Shown here: piece by piece, positions 8,715 to 19,301 of the stretch
Numbering within the stretch: position 1 is the stretch's first letter
Layout of the letters: the number at the start of each line of letters is the position of its first letter
Source of the DNA: a virus
DNA length: 64,000 bases
Virus record (IMG/VR): IMGVR_UViG_3300031951_000022
Span: 1 to 64,000 of that record
Direction: 5' to 3' (one strand)
Position numbers and translations under genes: made by a program
Notes under the pieces: generated by a model
Seen by the model: the letters and a program-made list of their open reading frames with translations, nothing else
Databases searched by the model: none
Told to the model about the DNA's origin: nothing

Positions 8715-11360
8715 TTAAACTATCGTACTAGCAACTAAATCTCTGAATTGTTCAACATTATCCATCTTTGAAAACCATACCGGCTTACCATAATACCCCT
8801 TAGATGTTAAAGTCGATAACGGATTAGCATCTTTGAGGTCTTTCAGGTTCCAGTGATCGTCCTGACTACACACAATATACTTCAACATCGGCTGTTTGTC
8901 AAGCACAACTTTAATTTGCTTACGCAGATTTTCGATATTCGTCAATTTATCCTTGATCGAAGTATCTGCCTTAAACATTTTAATCAAATCGTCATTAGCA
9001 TAAAACTCTTTTACTACTTGTGTAATTTGAACATAAAGACATCTGGCCTGTGTTACGTCCTTACTATTTATTCCATTGATTCCCAAATTGTGCAGAATCT
9101 TTGTCATATGAGCATAGTAGTCTGCGGACTTGAACTTTGGAATATTAAAGTTGTGGACTGTATTGGCGAAAAATTCCATCACCATACATTGATCCACAAG
9201 AGAAACAATATCTGCATCTTTAATATAGGTGCCGTAGTCTAGTCCGAAAATATTTAGTATATGCCAAACGAAAACCCTGTCGGTATAACCCACATTGTAG
9301 TAACGATATGAGTCTTTGTGTTCTGCTTTCTCATATTCATTTCGAGCATATTCTACAACCGCATTATACTTAGAAATATCTCTAAGATTATCATCATAGA
9401 GCTTTGTGGTCTTACTCTTAAAGAAGTCGTTGAAACTAATAAGGTTATAACCTTGCTTGACTAGCTGTTCAGCATAGCTTTGCTTAATGGCAAATACTTT
9501 ATTGTCTCCAAGCAATGACTTTACAAGTTCTTTGTTGTGTTCATTACTAATGAAACTATAAATACTCTTAATAGACGGATAACCGCTAGTAGCAGCATAT
9601 CTAATAATTGGAATATAGATAATTTCTTCTTGATCCAGAACACTATCTCTTTCTTCTTGGTCAGAGATTTCTTTCATGTAGGCAGAATCATTCATAGAAT
9701 GACCACCAGTAATAGCCTTGGCACTAGTCATACTACCATAAACCAGAAACAAACTATCACTACTAACAGTCCCTAAAGGATCTCGACTACCTACTTTACG
9801 AGTGCCACTATTTAGTAGGCTCTTATAATCTGAGACATTAAGGACGTTAGACTCTCCACCAATATCAGCAATCAGCTTATCAAAACCATCAGTAGAATCT
9901 TCTGGGTTGTCACTATCAATCATTAGGTAGGCAAAACAATCCTGTTGATTGCAATATTTGGTGACAATCTTTTTAGCTGACTCAGCACCCTTAACGTCGC
10001 ATCGGAAAAATACAATTTTATTACTCTTACGATTGCTATTCCAATAGTAAGAACCCTTACCGTTTAGTGTCTCATGGTGAATTTGATTAGTCAAATAAAC
10101 CATTCTGCGAGAACGATAACCGGCAGTTCTAAAGTTAAAGACGTAAAGCTGCTTACTCTTTTTAAGAGCATATTCTAGGTCTTTACCAGACTCTAATTCA
10201 TGAACCTTGCCATTCTTGTCAGTCCAAGATGCTCCAGCAGTCCATCCACCAGCAAGATCACTGAGACTATAATAAGTCTGATAAGCATCAACTAAGCTTG
10301 TGGCAGTAGCCAGCTTATCTGTCATATCCTGTTTCAGTTGCAGATAAATATCTTGTGTCTTATCTCGTAGACACTTAATAACTTGCTTGGTATACTGCAA
10401 ACCTTCTCGACTAACATCCATTTCCAGTTCACCAATATTGAACTGAATTTCAAGATAAAGACCAGCGTGAAGAATTTCTTTAACAAGATTCTTCCAATTA
10501 TCAACATCAGCCTTACCAAAAGCTCTATTCCAAGCCTGAATATGGTCTGGTTGATCCGGCTTATCTTCACCAACAATCTTAGAGGCATCTACTGGATAGG
10601 CAATATTTCCCATGATAGCAACCACGCCGCTGCCAGGACTATTATATTGACTAGGATATTTGGCGTTATCAGTTGCTACTCGACCAATCTTCCATCCCTG
10701 ACCTTCAATCACAACATTGTGATGAGAATATGACCCGTCATTAACGGAGCCACAAACTCCGCCATGAATAGTAGGCTTGATTCTAAAGTAGTGAAAAATA
10801 CGCTTTGCTTTAGTGGTAAATTCATGAAAATCATGCTGCTTAACAGCAAAACTAATTTCTAAACCATTAGGTTCAGTAGTATCTGTGATGGAGATAAGGT
10901 TAAGACTAGGCACGCCCTCTTCGTTCATAGCGGCAATATAGGACAGTTTCTTTCCGTTGTAGTAAGAAACAGTGCTAAAGCTTTTAGTATATGCAAAAGG
11001 ACTCTTGCTACCAAGTCCAAGACAACCCACAAAATCGTTGCTGTCATTCTTGTTACTAGCACCGTATGTAGTATAAAGTTCCTCCATATCGGTCTGACTA
11101 AGGCCAGTGCCGTAATCTCTAACCATAAAAACAGGATTAGCCTGCGTTGGGAGCGTTACCTTAAAAGGATTTTTATGACCAGAAGCAATATGACTATCAT
11201 AAGCGTTTGTGCTAAGTTCACGCACAACCGCCATAATCTTGTCAGAATAAAGAGAGTCTGACAAAATCTTAAACATTTTAGAACTTTGAGAAATGCTAAA
11301 CTGATTAGCAGACTTAACACCCGCAGAATGAATCTCAACCGTTCTGTCAGCCAACTTCAT
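8715..11360 (-). CDS. rIIA: rIIA-like protein (N-terminal GHKL/HSP90-like ATPase)
   Basis: LSDSLYSDK.AVVRELSTNAYD, VRDYGTGLS, GCLGLGSKSPFAY, SREGLQY. Confidence 0.85.
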   Translation of the reverse strand: MKLADRTVEIHSAGVKSANQFSISQSSKMFKILSDSLYSDKIMAVVRELSTNAYDSHIASGHKNPFKVTLPTQANPVFMVRDYGTGLSQTDMEELYTTYGASNKNDSNDFVGCLGLGSKSPFAYTKSFSTVSYYNGKKLSYIAAMNEEGVPSLNLISITDTTEPNGLEISFAVKQHDFHEFTTKAKRIFHYFRIKPTIHGGVCGSVNDGSYSHHNVVIEGQGWKIGRVATDNAKYPSQYNSPGSGVVAIMGNIAYPVDASKIVGEDKPDQPDHIQAWNRAFGKADVDNWKNLVKEILHAGLYLEIQFNIGELEMDVSREGLQYTKQVIKCLRDKTQDIYLQLKQDMTDKLATATSLVDAYQTYYSLSDLAGGWTAGASWTDKNGKVHELESGKDLEYALKKSKQLYVFNFRTAGYRSRRMVYLTNQIHHETLNGKGSYYWNSNRKSNKIVFFRCDVKGAESAKKIVTKYCNQQDCFAYLMIDSDNPEDSTDGFDKLIADIGGESNVLNVSDYKSLLNSGTRKVGSRDPLGTVSSDSLFLVYGSMTSAKAITGGHSMNDSAYMKEISDQEERDSVLDQEEIIYIPIIRYAATSGYPSIKSIYSFISNEHNKELVKSLLGDNKVFAIKQSYAEQLVKQGYNLISFNDFFKSKTTKLYDDNLRDISKYNAVVEYARNEYEKAEHKDSYRYYNVGYTDRVFVWHILNIFGLDYGTYIKDADIVSLVDQCMVMEFFANTVHNFNIPKFKSADYYAHMTKILHNLGINGINSKDVTQARCLYVQITQVVKEFYANDDLIKMFKADTSIKDKLTNIENLRKQIKVVLDKQPMLKYIVCSQDDHWNLKDLKDANPLSTLTSKGYYGKPVWFSKMDNVEQFRDLVASTIV

Positions 11361-11401
11361 AATTCTATCTCCAAAAGTTTGATCTTGCCTGTGATGCTAC
11401 C

Positions 11402-11430
11402 AGTATAACATCGGCAATTGGTCTTGTCAA
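11402..11430 (-). promoter_or_regulatory. sigma70-like promoter of rIIA
   Basis: TTGACA-17 nt (contains GCCGAT)-TATACT. Confidence 0.75.
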
Positions 11431-12013
11431 GCTTGAGTCTGTTTTTTTTGCTTCCGCACTAACGCTAAATATCCTAGATAAATATCTAATAGTCCGTAAT
11501 AGCGTATACTTGGTATGGGTAATAGCAACCACCAAATTCCTGTGAGAATTGCTATCAGTCCTAATATTCTAGTTAAACAATATGAAGGAAAATATATAGA
11601 GAATAGATATGATAAGGGTCCGATAATTAATACAAAAATAAACATCATACTAACTATCAAAGCCAAACTAGCCATTATTCATCACTATCTTGTTCATAGT
11701 CCTCATATAAACCATATGTATCTTCTTCGTCGTATGAGTAGTTATCTTCATTATATGGAGTCCAATCCTCAACATCATCGTCTGTATCAGTATGATAGTC
11801 TGATTCTTCGATCAAAACACTAATAGTATTTAAAATGTCAAATAGCTTTTCTAGAGTTTGATCCATTAAATTAATCTTTTTTTCAATATTTTTGATACCT
11901 TTTTTGAGTTCTGCTATGTCTAGAGATAATTTCTGTTCTTGTTCTTGATGATTAATAGTATTTCCGACTACCTGTTTCATAAGATCATCAATATCTTTAG
12001 ACATTATTATCTC

Positions 12014-12319
12014 CTATTTTAGCTTTCTATATTCTGGAATGTCGCCATTTGCAAGGATTTTATTATCCTCATAGGGTGAGGCAGCTCGTCTATAAAACTC
12101 TTGTTTAATATTCTCTAATACACCAGTTATCATGGCGATATTCTTATACGATAAACGACCCATTAAACCGGCAATAACTCGTGAAAAACAATAATTAATT
12201 TTGCCTAGATAACTACTAAAATCGAAAGCGTCTGCCTCACGACTATTTTGAATAGCTTTTGTTAAAACTTCAATAGCATCATCTAGTTCTTTTCGTTCTA
12301 TTTCTGAAATATAGGGCAT
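12014..12319 (-). CDS. conserved phage protein (DUF6899-like)
   Basis: MPYI...G.INY...GVLENIKQEFYRR..PYEDNKI..NGD. Confidence 0.6.
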   Translation of the reverse strand: MPYISEIERKELDDAIEVLTKAIQNSREADAFDFSSYLGKINYCFSRVIAGLMGRLSYKNIAMITGVLENIKQEFYRRAASPYEDNKILANGDIPEYRKLK

Positions 12320-12322
12320 ATT

Positions 12323-12877
12323 TTACTCACTACAACGACATTGGTATTTATTACAATATGAACATTTTGGCCCAGGTTCCGCAAAACCCCAAGCATTAGC
12401 ATATCCATCAAAGCTTTCTTTGCCGGTATCAATACAAACCAATTTTTGGGTATTGTTGCGGTCTACTAAACCAATATTATAATAGTGGCAATCCCAAAAT
12501 TTCAAACCAGATTTTTCATAAATCTCATTAACTAAGTTTTGTATCTTAGCCAAGCTTAATTTTTTAGGCTGAATATCCTCGGCCACTTCTGTAACATATC
12601 CCCAATCACTAATACAGTCATAGTCTGGATCGTCCCTATCAAAAAACTTTAGTTTGCATACAGGGCTATAAATTTTAGGGGCTAAATCAAATTTGCTCAA
12701 TTCTTTTTGTACAGATCGGGAGTAGTTGGCTTTTCTTTTTGAACGGAATTCTTTAAAACCCAAAAAAGAGTGTCCTTTAATTGGATAAAATTGACAATAT
12801 CCGCCCTCATCAAACCAACTACTACAGTCAATCTGGTGTTCTGTATACTGGTTGTTCTGTTTCTTTGACATAGCCAC
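12323..12877 (-). CDS. minimal protein-kinase-like fold protein
   Basis: DEGGY, GFKEF, LAPKIY, DCHYYNIG, CIDTG; paralogue at 55930. Confidence 0.55.
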   Translation of the reverse strand: MAMSKKQNNQYTEHQIDCSSWFDEGGYCQFYPIKGHSFLGFKEFRSKRKANYSRSVQKELSKFDLAPKIYSPVCKLKFFDRDDPDYDCISDWGYVTEVAEDIQPKKLSLAKIQNLVNEIYEKSGLKFWDCHYYNIGLVDRNNTQKLVCIDTGKESFDGYANAWGFAEPGPKCSYCNKYQCRCSE

Positions 12878-13672
12878 CTGTTAAGTTTTCTACAAGCTTT
12901 ATTGCTCTTTCTAAGGAATCAGAAAATGTAATAAGCATTGAGGTTTGTTTAAAGTCCTCTTTAAAAGTACCATAAACAGCATAAAACGGATCACCAATTC
13001 TTTCGTCATCGAAATAAAAATCTTCCATCTTGTTTATTGTTTCCAAAACAGAACCTCCATTATAGTCTGTAATTTCTCTAACACTTTCAATAATGTAGTA
13101 TCGAAAGCTAGACTTGGCGTTCCCTTTATTAGAACAATACCCATGAAAAAATCTGTTATGTGTCATTAAACAGCCTAATGTCGTCGGAGTAAAGAGGTAC
13201 TACTATATTAGGGTCATTATAGGGATTAAATCTGGTTCTAAGATCATATAAAATACCTTGAGGATTTATACGCCCCCAACCAACAACACGATAATCTTTT
13301 AAAGCTCTAAGTCTTTTAAGTTCATCTTTAGCGTTATTTACCCAAAAACGATCAGCACCAGCAGACCACGCAAAATCTATAATAGTATCTAAAGGATCAG
13401 AGTGTTTATTCATAATCAAACAAATCCTATTTTGGTCTTTTCTACCAGAGTAACTTCAATTTCGTTGGCGGCAAATGTTTGTGTGGTATATGATCTACTA
13501 TTCCACCATCCACACTCATAATAAATATCATTATTAGCACGAATATTAATACCAGTAATAGTACCAAATACGTCCTCCGTTAGTTTCACTTTGCTTCCGA
13601 CCTTATAAACATCAATCGTAGTATTTTTACTCATATTATTTCCTTCCTATGGATTTTATATTAATAACTGAA

Positions 13673-13746
13673 TAGCCCGAATCGGATTTGAACCGATACT
13701 GTCAAAATTTTAAGTTTTGTGTCTCTGCCAGTTGGACTACCGGGCC
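13673..13746 (-). tRNA. tRNA-Leu(UAA), short variable loop
   Basis: Cloverleaf; anticodon arm CAAAA-CT-TAA-AA-TTTTG; T-arm ATCGG-TTCAAAT-CCGAT. Confidence 0.85.
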
Positions 13747-13846
13747 ATAAAAGCGACTGACTACAATAACTCGTAGTATGAGGTTGATTATTAAGTGTGC
13801 CTCTCCTTTGAACTATCATAGTCAATCGCCGCTAATTTATTTAGTA

Positions 13847-14128
13847 TTAGCTATTTGTATGGGCTTTAAGACGAGCGACAATCTGAGCGAGTTGCTCAAT
13901 ATTATCAACTGCCTTTACCGGCTTTGCTCGCTCCATCGCGGGCAGTTCGATACCCTTCTTAGCCAAAGCAGACTTAGTTCTAGCATAACGGGCCATAGTG
14001 GTAGGAACCTTCTGACCAGTCTTAGACGCAATTTCAGCATATGTCTTTGAAGAAAACACAGCCTCAAGAAATTGCTCATCGGTGCAACGAACACGCTTCT
14101 GCTTATCAACCGAAAATACTTCTGCCAT
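13847..14128 (-). CDS. small basic protein, possible HTH DNA-binding
   Basis: Likely start MAEVFSVDKQ after GGAGG; KTYAEIASKTGQKVPTT HTH-like segment; own promoter at 14204-14231. Confidence 0.55.
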   Translation of the reverse strand: MAEVFSVDKQKRVRCTDEQFLEAVFSSKTYAEIASKTGQKVPTTMARYARTKSALAKKGIELPAMERAKPVKAVDNIEQLAQIVARLKAHTNS

Positions 14129-14846
14129 AATCAACCTCCAAGTCTTACTTCCAAGTCTTTGTTGATGAGTCAGTCGCTCGACCAATCTCTCACCAACAAC
14201 ATCATTCTATCTCACAGTATCGGAATGTCAACTGCCAACCTTGATTTTTTTTGGTTTTCTGCAAACATTAGTCAGCTAGATTAGTAGCCGTTTGTTCCGG
14301 CAGCTCTGTTGTTGCAATCAAAGAGAGGTGATCTTTTAGGCTTTGGTTTTCTGTTTCTAGAAAAGAGATCATTTTATTAGCTTGAAACAAAGCCTCATGT
14401 AGATACTTAACTTTGTTTGCTAATTCATCACCGATATAGTTATTCATACTAGTTTTCATTGTGCTTCCTTGTTTTAAAGAAACTAGATAGCTCTACTATA
14501 ATACACTTTTTAAGAACAAGAATAGATCTTTGATTTGATTTTTATTGAGCATCGTTTGGTCTGCAAATGGAGTGCCGTTAATCAACACAGCATAGACATA
14601 ACGAATTTTCTGCCATAATGACATACGGTAGTTGTTTGCGTATATGGCAAATTCTGCCATCTCAATATCTGCGTCATATTCTATTCGCAGCACCTCCGAT
14701 CTGCAATCGCAGGTTGTTAAAAACTCAGCGGGTTTTTGTTGTCTTTTTTTGCTTTTTTTCATTTTTAAATATACGATCAAAATTCTTCGACCAAGTAGTA
14801 TAGTCTACGCTCTTTGGTCTTGTTTTGTCACCCTTACCGTTTTGGC

Positions 14847-15470
14847 TCATAAATATTTTCCAGATTTTTTAAGATTATCTTTTGCCCACAACGGTTGAAG
14901 GTTGGTATAATGAAAACATTTTTGCTGTTGTTCTGGATCAGTTAAATCAAATGCACAGCATGGTTTGATATGATCAATATGCCACTCTCCAAAATTATCC
15001 CAACTCATACCAACCGTAAATTGTTTCTCTAAATATAGTTTCAGATATTCCCAAGAACAGCCAGTTAAATCATAAGAAGTGCTATTTTTTGAACCTCTAG
15101 ATAGAGCCATTCTGATACGATTACTAATAATAGTTCTTAATCTAAAATTAATGTTCTTTTTTCTTTTCTCTCGTCGTTTTTTATTTATTTTTTCTCGATG
15201 TTTTTCTCTATATTTTCTTCGAATGGCTAAAATTTTATCTGGATTTTCCTGTATCCATTGTTTATTATACTGGTTGAGTGTTTCTCTGTTTTTTACTTTA
15301 TATTGTTGTTGCTGTTTTTTAATTTTCTTTTTATTTTTTAATTTCCATTTTGTGCAATATTTTTTATGACAATTTTTACAATATGAAGATTTTCCATCTG
15401 CTGACGCTTTTTGATTATGAAAGTTGTCTATGTTATGTTTTTTATTACATTTGCTGCATTGTTTTTTCAT
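14847..15470 (-). CDS. HNH homing endonuclease
   Basis: CSKC..CKNC N-terminus, Lys-rich linker, WHIDHIKP...HYTNLQPLW..DNLKK. Confidence 0.85.
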   Translation of the reverse strand: MKKQCSKCNKKHNIDNFHNQKASADGKSSYCKNCHKKYCTKWKLKNKKKIKKQQQQYKVKNRETLNQYNKQWIQENPDKILAIRRKYREKHREKINKKRREKRKKNINFRLRTIISNRIRMALSRGSKNSTSYDLTGCSWEYLKLYLEKQFTVGMSWDNFGEWHIDHIKPCCAFDLTDPEQQQKCFHYTNLQPLWAKDNLKKSGKYL

Positions 15471-15511
15471 TGGAGTATACTCTATTTGCTTATTATATAC
15501 ACCAAAGTGTC

Positions 15512-16249
15512 TTATTCTTCAAATACATATGACCAATAACGAGAATCTGTTTTATTTTGTTTAGCGTCCCAAAAAATACACCTAGCAATATACAAGGGAA
15601 CACCAAGTTTTCCGCAATTAATACTCCAATGTCTTTCCATCTTCTTATATAGAGATAGTCCAGTTTTATTCTGATATGTAAGAGTTTTCATTCCATATAA
15701 CTCAAGCATATGAGTATCTCCACAAAATACTCTACATTCATTTGGATGAATCTGTTCAAGACTGAATGATACTTTTGCGGAGCCTAGTCCGCTAATCTTA
15801 TTTACGATACTGTCTCTCTTTTTAACGTGACCCTTTTTAGCAGTAAAATAGAAGTCTCTAGGATTCGCCCAAAATAGATCTTTAAAATTCCAGATAAACT
15901 TTGTTCTATTATTATAGAGGCCGCAACCACTATTCTTAATTTTTTCTCTTAGTATTTCTTTATTATCAATCCATTCATCAAAATTTTTAATTGCATTATA
16001 GCCATTAACGTTTGATTTCCAAGTAGTATGAACACTCATAAAACTGAAAAGATATCTACGAAAAATATCTTCAGTGTTTTTTGGACGAACACTCTCCCAA
16101 TAGTCCTTATATGCTACAGCCTTATCTTTGGGAAAGCTCTTAAAAAACTCGTCAGCCTTGGTTGTATTGATAACCAAAGGTTGTTTGATCTGTTCGACTT
16201 GATCCATAATCCTCAATCTCCTGTGGGTTGGTTTCACACAGTATACCAA
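15512..16249 (-). CDS. HhH-type DNA glycosylase-like protein (8-oxoG glycosylase-like)
   Basis: GLYNNRTKFI, ISGLGSAKVSF helix-hairpin-helix, DTHM; true start probably MDQVEQ. Confidence 0.6.
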   Translation of the reverse strand: MVYCVKPTHRRLRIMDQVEQIKQPLVINTTKADEFFKSFPKDKAVAYKDYWESVRPKNTEDIFRRYLFSFMSVHTTWKSNVNGYNAIKNFDEWIDNKEILREKIKNSGCGLYNNRTKFIWNFKDLFWANPRDFYFTAKKGHVKKRDSIVNKISGLGSAKVSFSLEQIHPNECRVFCGDTHMLELYGMKTLTYQNKTGLSLYKKMERHWSINCGKLGVPLYIARCIFWDAKQNKTDSRYWSYVFEE

Positions 16250-16280
16250 TTGACCTCTCTTGTGTCAAGCCTTTAGCAAA

Positions 16281-16979
16281 TTATCTTGGGAAGTACCCTA
16301 AACTAGCCTCTACTGACCAGTCTATATTATCGTCGATAATTTTTTTAATTTTTTTATCTAGTTGAATTTTAGGTTTATCTATAGGTGCTGGTGGATTACC
16401 AAATATTTTTAAATTAAAACGATCTCTAATAATATTTAAGTAATTTTCATGATTATACAAAAAACTATCATAAGAGATTAATATATAGTTGGATGCTAAT
16501 ACTGGCATTATTTGAGAAAGATAAATACATTTTTCTTTTCTCATATGAAAAATATTACGATATCTTATAGCTCTATTCCCGGTAGTATAGTCTCTATCTT
16601 GCATTATTTCTTTGCCATGATAGTCTACTGAATACCACTCACTAGTTAAAAATCTTTCTATAGTTTCTGTGTGTTGTTTGGGAACATGATGAGGTAAAGA
16701 ATAAAAAGCGGCTATCCAATCATAGGGATGACGTACAATGCCAGTAAATAAAACATGACGATCATACGCAATACGTTCTGGTTTAGCAAAACCCATCCAG
16801 TGTTTAAATCCATAAAAGTATGTCAGATCTAGATTAAACTTTTGTTTAAAGCACTGTTCTAAAAAATTAGTGCCAGAATGTCTTTCTCCATATATAGTAT
16901 ATCGGAAAATATGTTCGTATTTACTTCTAAAAATTTGCATCAAAAAAATAAATCTGTAATTAACAGTAAGAAAAAACAA
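16281..16979 (-). CDS. sulfotransferase-like protein
   Basis: YGERHSGTNFLE (PAPS-binding-like loop), IVRHPYDW. Confidence 0.55.
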   Translation of the reverse strand: MFFLTVNYRFIFLMQIFRSKYEHIFRYTIYGERHSGTNFLEQCFKQKFNLDLTYFYGFKHWMGFAKPERIAYDRHVLFTGIVRHPYDWIAAFYSLPHHVPKQHTETIERFLTSEWYSVDYHGKEIMQDRDYTTGNRAIRYRNIFHMRKEKCIYLSQIMPVLASNYILISYDSFLYNHENYLNIIRDRFNLKIFGNPPAPIDKPKIQLDKKIKKIIDDNIDWSVEASLGYFPR

Positions 16980-17024
16980 TATTATAAAAACAATAAAGAC
17001 AATATTAGTAAAGGCAATAAGATA

Positions 17025-18164
17025 TTATCTATCTAATTTCAGACAATTATTCCCGTCAACCCTAGCAAAGTTAGGAGTACCTTTACCAGTTAATCCATTA
17101 TAGAGAAACTCCACATTTTGACCGATCCATTTTTTTCTTTCTTTAAGGAATTGGGTCGCTTCTTCATAAGACCCCTTAAAGGTAGCATCAAAAATCTTTC
17201 CGTTCCAATCCAAGGTGATAGTCTTTCCTGTACCACTCCAATTACCAGTTCCTTCTTTAATATCGACGATAATAGCTTCTTCGGAATCTTCCGGCTTAAC
17301 CTTCAAAAGATTCTTACTTCTTTTATGTTCATAGCCCATATTAGAATATCTGAGCATAACACCCTCATGACCATCATCAATAAAACTAGAATAGTGCTTG
17401 TCTAGATCTGATTCAGAATTAACACTGAAGTCTTTGACAGGCATAACATATTTATACGAGTTTACTACGTTAGAATCAATCCACTTCTTGCGTTCCTTAT
17501 AGCAACAGTCTTTGCTAATTCCAAAATCGTATCCATCATAAACATAATATCTAACAAGTTTTTCGCTACGATCCAAATCATCCTGAGAAATATTAACGGT
17601 ACGGCGGATTAACTTGCTCATTTCATTAAGTTGTTGACGAAGATCATTATTAAACAACTCACCGTCCAAAACCGCGTCGGGATACTTTTCAAAGAAAGGA
17701 GCCAAAGATTTTTCAATATGGGGACAAGACAAATACTTTTCACCTTTTCTGGTAAATAAACCACTCTTGGTAGCCACACATCTCATGCCATTAAACTTGC
17801 ACTGAAGAATATACTCTCCTTCAGAAAAATCAATCTTATCACTATAGTCCTTATACAACTTAGCCAACATAGGTTCGATATAACCCATATCGTCAACGCT
17901 ATTAATATCGTCAAAATATCCCGTCTTTTTTTGCTTTTTATATTTAGCCTCAATCTCTTTAGTGGCCTGTTCAACAGAAGATGTTTCGTTTTTCTTTCCC
18001 TGATTCTTACCTTCTGCAACAGTCCATTCGCTAGTAACCTGTTCGCCATTTTGTAGCCCGGCGATTGTACGGTACTTAGAACCATTTTGCTCCATCTTCC
18101 AAATGCGAATATTACCCAAACTGTCTCTGGAATAAAGGGGTTCGTAATGCTTATTCATTTCCAA
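17025..18164 (-). CDS. ATP-dependent DNA ligase
   Basis: PMLA, KFNGMRC (KxxG), LDGELF, YYVYD, EGVMLR, LLKVK. Confidence 0.9.
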   Translation of the reverse strand: MEMNKHYEPLYSRDSLGNIRIWKMEQNGSKYRTIAGLQNGEQVTSEWTVAEGKNQGKKNETSSVEQATKEIEAKYKKQKKTGYFDDINSVDDMGYIEPMLAKLYKDYSDKIDFSEGEYILQCKFNGMRCVATKSGLFTRKGEKYLSCPHIEKSLAPFFEKYPDAVLDGELFNNDLRQQLNEMSKLIRRTVNISQDDLDRSEKLVRYYVYDGYDFGISKDCCYKERKKWIDSNVVNSYKYVMPVKDFSVNSESDLDKHYSSFIDDGHEGVMLRYSNMGYEHKRSKNLLKVKPEDSEEAIIVDIKEGTGNWSGTGKTITLDWNGKIFDATFKGSYEEATQFLKERKKWIGQNVEFLYNGLTGKGTPNFARVDGNNCLKLDR

Positions 18165-18219
18165 TTTCTCCTGTGTGTTCCACCATCATATCATGCGACA
18201 ACCCTCTTGTCAAGTATCG

Positions 18220-18432
18220 TCAATCTGGTTTGGTTTGCTTGAATGTTTTATTTAATTTTGCCACTAAATCGCTGCCAGCAGTTTGGAAAAAACAAGGAAA
18301 CACAGCATGAAAGATAAGATAACAACCCGCTAAAATACAAAGAAGCCCATAATATAAAGCAAAAATATAATGCTCTATGTACGTCATGCTATTTTCTTGC
18401 AGATGGTTTTTCCATTTGGATAATAGGTTCAT
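18220..18432 (-). CDS. small membrane protein (DUF6356-like)
   Basis: HLQENSMTYIEH...FHAVFP. Confidence 0.55.
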   Translation of the reverse strand: MNLLSKWKNHLQENSMTYIEHYIFALYYGLLCILAGCYLIFHAVFPCFFQTAGSDLVAKLNKTFKQTKPD

Positions 18433-18778
18433 TTTGATATTTCCTATTTTGAACCACTATTAAATAGTTCACAGCTTTAATTAACCCGTCTAGATTATCA
18501 CCAAGCTTACCTAAACCTTCGTTACATTTGCTACATAGCCAACCTCTAAAACTATCATCCTTATGATCATGATCCAAACACCATTTAAACGGAACTTTTC
18601 CGCAACATTCGCATAGTTCTGGTTTTGGTGGCGCCTCTTTATGTAATTTGCTTCTAACTTTAGAATGTTTTTTAACACATTTTCTACATCTACTGTCTAA
18701 TTTATCTTTATACATATTATGTTTGGGAAAACTTTTTTTATTTTTCCTTTCTCCACAATATGAACAGATTTTTCTCAT
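18389..18778 (-). CDS. endonuclease VII-like nuclease
   Basis: CECC..LDHDH...FRGWLCSKCNEGLG. Confidence 0.8.
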   Translation of the reverse strand: MRKICSYCGERKNKKSFPKHNMYKDKLDSRCRKCVKKHSKVRSKLHKEAPPKPELCECCGKVPFKWCLDHDHKDDSFRGWLCSKCNEGLGKLGDNLDGLIKAVNYLIVVQNRKYQNEPIIQMEKPSARK

Positions 18779-18947
18779 ACTATTTTTGTTTTTTACTTTT
18801 TTTAATTTTATTCTCTATCTTATCCATTCTTTTAGATAAAATCTTTAAGTATTTCATTTCTTCTTCATGATTTTTATCGTTTTGCTTTTGTGTCTTTTTA
18901 AATAGTTTTTTCCACAAACTCATAAATATTTACTCCTTAATGTTAAG

Positions 18948-19301
18948 TGGAGGCGTTCGGTACTGCCCCGAAGTGCCGCGATATGTCAAAATATATTATC
19001 TACAAGTTTATTTTATTCGTAAGTTTTAAGAAAGACTAGAAAATAAACAACATTCATCTTTCCGTACCAACTAATCTCAGGCTAGAACCCGTTGGCTATT
19101 CTAGCAGCCGAAGGATTTTACGACAATCTTTTGAACGCTACCTTCATCGCTTTCTAAGATTGTTGCTGTTATTTAATTAAGCAGCAAGAGCTAACTGAGT
19201 TGTGCCAGTTAAAGCATTTGATAGATTTTTAAAGTGGCCCTTCTATCAACCACTACTTGCAAATATATTAATCTTTATCCGGTCGATACTATTTCGCCCC
19301 C
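18948..19301 (-). ncRNA. ssrA: tmRNA, one-piece; tag (A)GTTQLALAA*
   Basis: 5' GGGGGCGAAATAGTATCGAC pairs with 3' CGCCTCC-A (G3-U wobble); TTAACT then GGC ACA ACT CAG TTA GCT CTT GCT GCT TAA at 19206-19177. Confidence 0.92.
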
